Source: Amoeboaphelidium protococcarum X5 (taxonomy: Eukaryota; Fungi; Aphelidiomycota). Taken from it: a stretch of 10,737 nucleotides of DNA. How positions within the stretch are numbered: the stretch's first letter is position 1; each line of letters starts with the position of its first letter. The notes beneath the pieces were generated by a model. That model was not told the DNA's origin, did not search any database, and was given only the letters and a program-made list of their open reading frames with translations. Positions 1 through 7,789 of the stretch are shown piece by piece. The DNA is taken from assembly GCA_023515725.1 (NCBI GenBank), contig JALDTO010000090.1, positions 1-10,737 on the forward strand, in the 5' to 3' direction. The position numbers were made by a program, and so were the translations under genes.

Positions 1-52
1 TAAAAAGTAAAAAAGAGAAAAAATATCAAAAGCGATAAAACAGTAGTAAAGG

Positions 53-838
53 ATGGATACGTTGGACGTTACTACTGCTATAACTGATATGAAATCTAGT
101 AATCCATCTACGGCTGTTAATAGATCAATGCCATATGTGGTAGATCTCGGTCATTTGCTGGTGCATGATGACGCGCCGTTACCTCCTTTCGATGGACCTG
201 TTGAAAAGACCAAGATGCTGAAAGAAGTTACACGCGATGCTGTCTAGGTGCTGATTAATGAACTATGGACCAGACCGACTGAAATTTCAGAAGATCATAC
301 TATGGTACTCGCCCAGCTTCCTCCTCCAATACCTCGTAATCAACCATTCCCTATGGTTCTACCGCGATCTAAGCCTGTTCCTAAAGCGAAAGCATTGACC
401 AGATGGCAGAAATTCGCGCAGGCTAAAGGAATATAGAAAGAGAAGAGGACGCGTATGGTGTGGAGTGAAGATTAACAAGAGTTTATTCCACGTGCTGGTT
501 ATAAGAGCGCAGTCACTGAGAAGTCTGGCACGGATGATTGGTTGATTGAAGTACCTGAGGGATACAATGATGTGCAGGAGGGTGATATGTTTAGTAAAGT
601 GCGCGCTGAGAAGGCTGAACGCGTAAAGAAGAACAAGGCTTAGCAGCTTAGGAATTTGCAGGACTCTGGCTCATTATCTAGAGCCGATCAGAAGACTGTG
701 AAGAAGATGAAGCTTGAGAAGGATCTGAAAATCACTACCGCAAGTACCGCCTCAATGGGTAGATTTGATAAGCCTGTGGAAGTGAAGAAGATTGCCTCCA
801 AGTTTGCCAAGTAGTAACAAAGAAAGAAATAAAAGTGA
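53..838 (+). CDS. RRS1: Ribosome biogenesis regulatory protein RRS1 (261 aa with TAA/TAG=Gln; no intron)
   Basis: One frame from ATG 53 to TGA 836-838 through 7 in-frame TAR codons (245, 434, 473, 641, 812, 815, 830). RRS1 motifs: DLGHLL..D, RDAVQVLINELW, LPRSKPVPK.K.LTRWQKFAQAKGIQK.KR..MVW, F.PR.GYK, DDWLIEV, RVKKN..QQLRNL, STASMGRFDK. The frame stays open to the window's left edge, so the true start could be further upstream. Confidence 0.95.
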
Positions 839-968
839 TTATAGTAAAGTACATCTATATTAAAGAGGCGTTATATGAAAATATCGCTCAATCTTCCACT
901 ATAAATTCTATCTCAAGATTTTTTTTCACTCTTTTTCTGCAGAGCGTTAAAATTCCAACCAGATCGAA

Positions 969-1345
969 ATGACTAAACAGATCATCAAAGATTTGGCGTC
1001 AAAGAAATTAATTCGCATTCCAGCATATCCAAGTAATCTTGCATAGTTGGCATCTGTTCTACCAAAGGACGGTGTTGGTGCACGTGTTATGCCTGAAGAG
1101 TGGATAGTACACGGCGATAAATGCTTCTACACGCTTCAGCAAGTGAAATTGACACCGGTAAGATTATTACATTTTCTGAGAAATAGATAGATATTAATTA
1201 TTACGGTAATTAAATAGTGCAGGGATTTACATAAGGAATATTTACTGGCTTTCTGACGTGGAATGGTCTATAGAAAAGCTCTATGCCGCAACTTATACCA
1301 ATGGATCTGGCCAAGAAGGTTTGGCGTGTCGTCCCACAATCGTGA
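969..1345 (+). CDS. Probable mitochondrial small-subunit ribosomal protein mS34 (MRP-S34 family), 103 aa; join(969..1157,1223..1345)
   Basis: Not in the ORF track. MTKQIIKDLASKKLIRIPAYPSNLAQLASVLPKDGVGARVMPEEWIVHGDKCFYTLQQVKLTP|GFTQGIFTGFLTWNGLQKSSMPQLIPMDLAKKVWRVVPQS*. Intron 1158-1222 is GTAAGA...TGCAG. The pattern LP..GVG..V....W......Y....V / G...G.LTW.G / K.W matches the mS34 family as I recall it. Confidence 0.7.
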
Positions 1346-1510
1346 ATTGATTTAGTTGAATGTACGTACTGTTTAAGCTCTAATAGATTAAGTTTTAATA
1401 AACGGATATAATCACTTTATAAAAAAACACATTTATATAAACTCCAAGTCGACGCTTCATTATTCATCATATCCGCAGTCTTAATACATCACTCATATAT
1501 CAGTAAACAT

Positions 1511-3162
1511 TCACTTTGCAGATTAACGCTTGAAAATTGTGCGCACACTGCTCATACGATTCAAATTGTTCTTATCAGCACCACTTCCGCGCTTTTAATC
1601 TACAATTAATCCTTCAGCGTATTCCTAAATCTTATCACCGTAGATGTCATTCACCTATCTAGCGCGGGCTAGCTTTTTGTTAGTCTCACTCAATTCATCT
1701 GCTTTGGTGTAATAAGTCTGCAGCAGCTTTACCAAGCGATCTTGTAACACTTAAGGCAACTATTCCAGAGGAGTATTGTCCGTATCCTGACTTTCAATCA
1801 CCTTATTCTCAATCAAGAAACTCTCAATCGAACGCTTAATCTAGTTCAAATCTCGAGTTGCCTGGCTCTTTACACGCTCAAATTATCTCTCTTACTGATA
1901 AATCTGCTACTTTTGCTTGGCCTTGATAATATCCAACATTCCCAATAGTTCATTCTCGCGCTATTCATTCTACTCCTTCAATTGAGTCTTTTGATCATCC
2001 AACTTCTTTTCATACTCAACACGCAGACTTTCTAGAGACTGTGCATTCTTATTTTGCAATGCCAACTTTGACGTCTCAATAGACAAGTGCAAGCTGCTGA
2101 TTTCACTTTCCATCGCTGCGAGACGATCGTCGCGGCTGCGGATCATTTCTTTCAGCTCCGCGTTCTCAGCCTCAAGATCTTCAATAGTATTATACAGCTG
2201 GCGAACCTCGTCATCACTTGGTAATTTTATACCAATATATTTGTTGAAAATACCAGCGACAAAAGCCAAATTCAAGCGACTATGGCCAGAAATAACATCC
2301 TTTGACTAGATGAATTATTCACATCCAATCTCGCGAGCGAAATCGATTACATTTACAATACGAGTCTTTGCATCCAGAGACTTGTCAAGCAGCCCCTGAC
2401 GGCTAAAACTTCTCGGAGCCACCTGATCGAGCAATACGGCATACGCAGCACCATCAGTGATATCCTTTGAGAAATTAATAATGACTGGATGATACGCCTT
2501 TGCCAGGTGGAAATTAAACCAGCGCAATAACAGAGCATCCGACTTCATGTCCAGCAGATCTTTAATACTTTCACCATCTTTCAGCAATCTAATTAATTCT
2601 GGTCGCTGAACTAAATTGACATCTTTAAGAAGATAGGCTCTGATCAACTGCCACACAAGACCAAGAACAACGTCGACATTCTTTTCCATGATATCATTAG
2701 CGCCGCAGTTGACCACAACTATGCCATGCTTATTCATCTTCTTTGCCGCATCGACAACCATATTCAAGTTCTCACCAACTTCGAAGAGAGATTTAGACTA
2801 TTATTTACCCACTTTAGTCATATCGATATTATGATGCAAGCGCTTCACAGGCAAAATAGATTCATCTAAAACATTGATGATGTAGCCGAGAACAACACCA
2901 TCTCTCAGTGCATTCAACAGCGAATCACACTTACTTTTACCTTCCATCTTACTCACTGGTAAATGGATTCCATCATTTAAAGTCTTGCTCAACATCGCAT
3001 CGATGTGCTACACAATGTCAATCATCATGATAATTATCTCAATACTACGCGGCATCAAATGAACTATACCTAAGAATAAACTTCACACTCTCTGTCCACG
3101 CTTTCGGAAGACTTGTGCTGATTGCTAGCATAGTTTGAATTAGCTGCAGCGGATCTCAACAT
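1511..3162 (-). CDS. Fimbrin/plastin-type actin-binding domain (two CH domains) fused to a long C-terminal coiled coil, about 529 aa; complement(join(1511..3007,3070..3162))
   Basis: ORFs 2801-2995, 2315-2767 and 1970-2275 share one frame joined by TAR codons and run on to TGA 1513-1511. Fimbrin ABD1 motifs: E...YSQ|HIDAML, LRDGVVLGYIIN, FEVGENLN, VVNCGANDI, LGLVWQLIR, LLLRWFNFHL, NFSKDI.DG, GCEQF, LNLAFVAGIFN. Intron 3008-3069 (GTATAG...TGTAG) restores the N-terminal helix. ATG 3162 is the first in-frame ATG; the start is less certain than the body. Confidence 0.88.
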
Positions 3163-3469
3163 TTTGTTTTCACTATCAATAGACTTCTTTAAATATTGCT
3201 GATTAAAAGTCGATATAAGATCAAAAGAGGATGTGATGAGAAAAGCTCATTGTTTACCTTGAACAATCTCCATGATGTCGCTCGGGAGGTTGAAACAAAC
3301 AAATCATGACGGCTTCCATTTTAGGCAATTTCATCTTGGCATAAATACCAATTTAAGATTATTCTCAAAGTATATACTTTAAGATGATAAGTCAGACTTT
3401 GTATTGATATCACCTATATTAATTCATTCTTTTGTTATATTCATATTTATGTAAAGGGAGGCACCATCT

Positions 3470-4190
3470 TCAAGCGTTCTGATTACAGTTGTTAGACAGA
3501 ATGAGCTTTGATTTCGTAATAGCAAAATTAATATTCTGTTCCAGATCGAGTAACTACATATAATATCATAAGAATCCATTATATATACGCAATATACTGT
3601 AATCTTACTTTTTTTCGTCTATTTAATTGTAGTTATCGCATCTACACAATCAAAGTTGATCAATGAAACCAGATATGAGACCGCGTAATAAACAAGCTTA
3701 CAGATGTTATCAACACTTCCACCGCGTTATCCGTATTATCTCCCTTATGATTTTATGACTATCGACTGTGGGATCGTATTTCGTTCTCAGCTTCATTCTC
3801 AAGGTGCTCTTGCATAGATGTAGATGTCTTATCATAGATCACAGGTTGGACAGTTTCAACGTTAGAATCATCAATAACATCCGCTTCTTCGTCCTCAACT
3901 ACTGAATGCTCCAACTCTTCATCTTATGAGAGCTCTCCTAAAATAGTTCTTTCCCGAAGAGGTTTAAGGACTTCCTAAGATCTATCTTGAACCCGCTACC
4001 CCAATTCAATAATATTATTACACAGCATTGAGCAAGATTCTTATGCAATTCTTACTGGCCGCCTGCGAGGCAAATTCTTTCTCTAAATATAAATGTTGTC
4101 TGGAGGGGGGACAATATTCTCCTTACTCAAGTTTGCATCCTCAGTACTATAGTCCGATTACAGGTCTACCAATATACTTGACGCTGACAT
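3470..4190 (-). CDS. Hypothetical acidic, largely disordered protein, 201 aa; complement(join(3470..3553,3609..3641,3702..4190))
   Basis: Not in the ORF track because of 9 in-frame TAR codons. A 163-codon TGA-free first exon from ATG 4190 is followed by two phase-0 introns, 3642-3701 (GTAAGC...TGTAG) and 3554-3608 (GTAAGA...TGTAG), which splice in frame to TGA 3472-3470. No recognisable folded domain. Confidence 0.8.
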
Positions 4191-4258
4191 GATACTGTTG
4201 TCAATACAACTAACTAATTGGCTGATATAAAACAAATCAGTTGAGATATAAACTGAAC

Positions 4259-4285
4259 CGCGAAAGAGAGATGAAGGCGCGCGTC
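4259..4285. promoter_or_regulatory. Putative G1/S (SCB/E2F-like) elements upstream of the 4190 gene
   Basis: CGCGAAA at 4259-4265 and GGCGCGCGTC at 4276-4285 lie in an otherwise AT-rich 184-bp intergenic gap, about 70-95 bp upstream of ATG 4190. Confidence 0.3.
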
Positions 4286-4374
4286 TGAAATCAACAACAC
4301 GTAATGATAGAAAAAATATTAAGGCAACGTAACTATACTTTCGTTATATCGCTTAAAGCGATCACTCCTACAGT

Positions 4375-4888
4375 TCAATACTGAACACTGATCAAGTAAT
4401 CGGCTAGGGCTTCAACAATCTTGGCAGCTTCTCCCGGCTGAATCTTGTCGTCGTAGACACCAATCAGAACTGCCTACTTTGTCTTTACACAACAAACACC
4501 GCATGCTCCCTACAGTAACTTGAATTCATGTTCATCAGTAAAAGATCAACATAAATATGGAGAGAGAAATTTACCTTTTTGCCGTACACTGAGCGGTCAT
4601 CAGTCTTGATGGCAATGTACTTTTCGCCGGCAACGTGAAGACCGGAAGCGCGAATACCACTAGCATCAGAAAACGCCTTCACAATGTTCTTAACTTCATC
4701 TGGCTTAACCTACATTTAATCAAAAATTAACATGTAAATAGATATAACGATATAAAATCCCAATAATGGATGCTTACACTGAAGCCAGCGGACGTGGCCC
4801 AAGGAGTTCCATCAAGTCCGTGAATGGCGGCTTTGGTAACTTTCTAAGTACCAACCAAGTTCTAATCAACATATGCTTGCCAAGACAT
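4375..4888 (-). CDS. PFY1: Profilin, 126 aa; complement(join(4375..4509,4575..4709,4778..4888))
   Basis: [126 protein letters not shown]. Canonical fungal-type profilin. Introns 4710-4777 and 4510-4574. TAG 4476-4474 falls at the conserved Q of KTKQA. Confidence 0.98.
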
Positions 4889-5088
4889 GGTATTATTCTA
4901 TATAAATATTCTGTATATTTGGAATAAATCGCTCGATTCTTAGATAATGAAAGAAAGATTCGGCGGACTTTGGGACGTTACTCGATCGTGTCAAGCAAGG
5001 GTCGTAAAAGTGGCGCATGCAATCAGATTCACTGTAAGCATAACAACATTTGAGGATAAAATATATCGATATTAAGAAATCAATAGAG

Positions 5089-5796
5089 TCAATCTTAAGA
5101 TGGCTCAGCCTGAAACTTGAACACGGGAAAGTCAATCTCTTCGTCTTCATCACTTGGAGGAATTAGCTGCTCTTCTTCTTCGATATCACCAGCATGCTAG
5201 GATGCGACATTGTCCAATTCTTCGCGTTCCCTTTTACGCTGCTCAATCAACGCCAGAGTTTACTACTACATCAACTGCAACTCATCGACATTCTGCGTTT
5301 AATTATTCACATCAGCAAAGGATTCACCCACTTAATCTTCATCTTGTTCCATCCCAACCTCTATGGTTCCAAAGCGCTCATGGCTTATCAATCCATCCAG
5401 ATAAGCTTTCATTTCTTTACTGTGACAAAGTTGAGACGCGTCGTGCACAAACTTGTCAAACTTCACCGACGGCATCAAGTCGTTGGCCCAGACACGATAG
5501 AACATTAACAACTTGCCCAAGTCATCGCTTTCGAATCCTTTCCCTTTGAATTGAATATGTCTGCCTTGCTGCTTCAATTTCAGAAGACCATTGGGGCCTT
5601 TCAACATTTCAGCTGTTATTTTCGGTTGTGGTTTACGAACCTTCTTTGGTCTCTACTAGAGAAGTCCGAGTTCTTGCTCAATATTTAGATCCTACATCGC
5701 CAGCATATTCCTTCTGTTTTCATCAGCCTCCAGCCTTTAATCTAGTGTTAGACCCTGTGGCGTAGTGCCACCATTATCGCTTTGATAATCTGTCAT
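5089..5796 (-). CDS. CSM3: Replication fork protection complex subunit Csm3/Swi3/Tipin, 235 aa from ATG 5796 (possibly 243 aa from ATG 5889 via a microexon)
   Basis: Swi3 domain RKPQPKITAEMLKGPNGL..L...FKGKG.E.DDL.KLL.FYR.WA..L.P..KFD.FV.....L.H, followed by an acidic tail to TGA 5091-5089; 11 in-frame TAR codons. A likely intron at 5811-5879 (GTGAGT...TGTAG) lies just upstream. Confidence 0.92.
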
Positions 5797-5913
5797 ATTA
5801 TTGCAGTGCTCTACATGAACAGTCAAGATAAGGGAATAAAAGTTGAAACAGAAGAGTAGAAGAAATCAAAACTACTCACCAAACAACATGCAAAAGGTGA
5901 CACTTTTTATCTA

Positions 5914-6926
5914 TCAACTATTATATAGATACATCTCTACAGACTCTTCATCAGCATAGTAAGCATTGAAAACGTAAAGCAAACTGGCAATCACAACATT
6001 GAGAACTATCGACGTGGAATGTTGGTCGCCATTTAGAAAGATTGAAGCCAGCCAAGGTTTCTATGAGAGTGTCAATTAGGCAAATAACAGCACTACAATA
6101 CCAAGTGTATAGAACCACAACATGATCTTCATCAAGTACATCTTAAACGCAGAGTAAAGATCATCAATATCAGCAGTTGACCAATCTTCTGGCGCGTCAG
6201 TTGACCAGTCGAAAGCCAAACTCATAGGTTCTACTTATTGTAAATGAGCAATCATTCTAACTGCAAAATAAGCATTAACTATCCTTGTCATTGCAATGAT
6301 GTAAAACAGAGTCGAAGAGTGCTTTTCCAAATAGGTGAGATTAAGGACGGAGTACGCCAACAGTACACAACACTCTAAAGGATTTATATAAAGTTATTAT
6401 GACTTGCGGATAGATATTAATACGATTATAGCCCAAATACATGTAAGAGCAATAGCTATAGCAGATGCAAAAGAAACTGCACCGTCGAGATAGAGCTCCT
6501 ACCAACCGTACAGAAGAAGATCACTATAGTAATACACGCCTGAGACGTATGTAAGGATGGACAGTAGCTGGAGCACATTAATCGGTCGAGCCACATCATA
6601 GTCATTCTCATAGCAGTAATCATCTAATATTTTCAGAATATGAATTCCATATCCACACACGTTGAGGACAATGAAGAACGCATCAATGATATGCAACGCG
6701 TACGATAACCATCCAGATCCAATTCTCCAGTAAGCGAAAACGGACAGAACTATCGACACTAATCTTTTATGCTACACAATTTTAAATAAACATCTGATTG
6801 CAATATATATACAGAGATCCTTACCTGTAGAATGAGCGATAGCACGCGAGTCAACTAAGAGTACATTTATGAAATCGAGTCTATATCTCTACTCTTTGAT
6901 GACTTTACGGGAAAAGACAAAATCAT
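5914..6926 (-). CDS. Multi-pass membrane protein, ICE2-like (ER membrane family); complement(join(5914..6771,6825..6926)); 319 aa, or 299 aa from ATG 6866
   Basis: The frame is TGA-free from 6771 to TGA 5916-5914, and phase-0 intron 6772-6824 (GTAAGG...TGTAG) joins exon 1 in frame. About 8 hydrophobic segments. IIDAFFIVL.V.G.G, ASAIAIALT, NPLECCVLLAY, TRIV.AYFAVRMI and NVVIASLLY occur in the order I recall for ICE2-family motifs. The gene model is solid; the family call is tentative. Confidence 0.6.
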
Positions 6927-7571
6927 GATTGAATCTCTATCAATTGTCAACAATAAAGGCTAAATACGATTTACACAATCATTTTAAAGTGATGAAAAGG
7001 TATAATATAATTTTGACGTGATTGCATGATGCATCTTCCTCTTTTGTATGGTGTGTAGTCATTGAGTTAAAAGGCAGTGGACGCGTTAACTCTATTCTAA
7101 TTGATTAAAGATCGACCAAGATCAAATGCCAATTGCATCAGACACCCAGAAAGTGATGACAGTTTTCCTAGATATGTTGTATATAGGTCGTATGCTACAC
7201 TTTATTTCATTGTGGTTATCAGCGATGCAGAATCTGAGCTTGCAACGTTGGATTTGATTTAGGTAAATGTCATTTTGGTTTTCCCACTTTCTTCATCACA
7301 GACATTGCGTGGGTAGGTAATTGTTGAGAGTTTTGATAAATATTTTGGTAAAGTCTGTGAACTGGATCTCATATTTAATCCCGTCATGATACAGTCTATT
7401 GTGCAAAAGATAATAATGGGCGGTTTTGTTATAGAGAGTAAGACTGAGATTAAAATGTTCATTTGAGCTTGTATCATTGTCACAGAATTGGGTGTAGCTA
7501 ATCCTTTGGTTGTTGTGGATCAACTTCGTAAAGATGAGGCACAATTGAAAGAAATAAATATGTTGTATTGA
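6925..7571 (+). CDS. APS3: AP-3 adaptor complex sigma subunit, 157 aa; join(6925..6999,7059..7262,7317..7437,7498..7571)
   Basis: Not in the ORF track. MIESLSIVNNKGQIRF...; YRSYATLYF; ESELATLDLIQ|VIVESFDKYFGKVCELDLIFN; IIMGGFVIE-T-NPLVVV. YATLYF and ESEL..LDLIQV are sigma-3 signatures, and TAG 7260-7262 encodes that Q. Introns 7000-7058, 7263-7316 and 7438-7497; the last restores the conserved ETN. Confidence 0.9.
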
Positions 7572-7789
7572 GTTATCTGAAATGTTTTAAATAAGATGCA
7601 TCGGCCTGCTTTGACTATCAGTGCTTGCAGCTCTGGAAACTATATAAGGCTGTCATCTAAAGTCCGTCGTTGGGCGTGATCAAAACCAGATTTGGCAAAT
7701 TTCATGTAGTGATCATGTCGCGTCATTTACCAACGCATAACTTGAACTGCGAATGCATATATTTATTTGCATAATTGCTATATGTACTT

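Noticed and set aside
2353-2538. Track ORF 2353-2538 (-)
   Set aside because: Alternate frame inside the CH-domain gene.
3199-3413. Possible extra 5' exon of the CH-domain gene via a GTAAAC...ATCAG intron (3257-3199)
   Set aside because: The frame is open but has no in-frame ATG or homology, and the acceptor does not fit the GYAG pattern. At most a 5' UTR intron.
1511-4888. Profilin and the fimbrin-like gene as an actin gene cluster
   Set aside because: Only two genes, separated by an unrelated one; chance adjacency is sufficient without synteny data.
4893-5549. Track ORFs 4893-5153 (-), 5154-5549 (+) and 5194-5508 (+)
   Set aside because: Off-frame or antisense shadows of the Csm3 gene and the intergenic gap; no protein-like features.
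7438-7466. AP-3 sigma ending at TGA 7464-7466
   Set aside because: That TGA lies in intron 7438-7497, whose removal restores the conserved ETN and the C-terminal helix.
7259-7544. Track ORFs 7259-7483 (-) and 7296-7544 (-)
   Set aside because: Antisense to AP-3 sigma exons 3-4.
53-7571. Reading the stop-riddled genes as pseudogenes or sequencing errors
   Set aside because: Interruptions are only TAA/TAG, never TGA or frameshifts, and they sit at Gln positions in essential genes.
7028-7602. 10-bp inverted repeat GATGCATCTT / AAGATGCATC as transposon ends
   Set aside because: Mostly a self-palindromic 8-mer, and it brackets host exons; compatible with chance.
7561-7740. Copia 5' LTR (TGTTG at 7561, TATATAAG at 7641)
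   Set aside because: TGTTG is within the last AP-3 sigma codons; no CAACA end, primer-binding site or second LTR copy was found.
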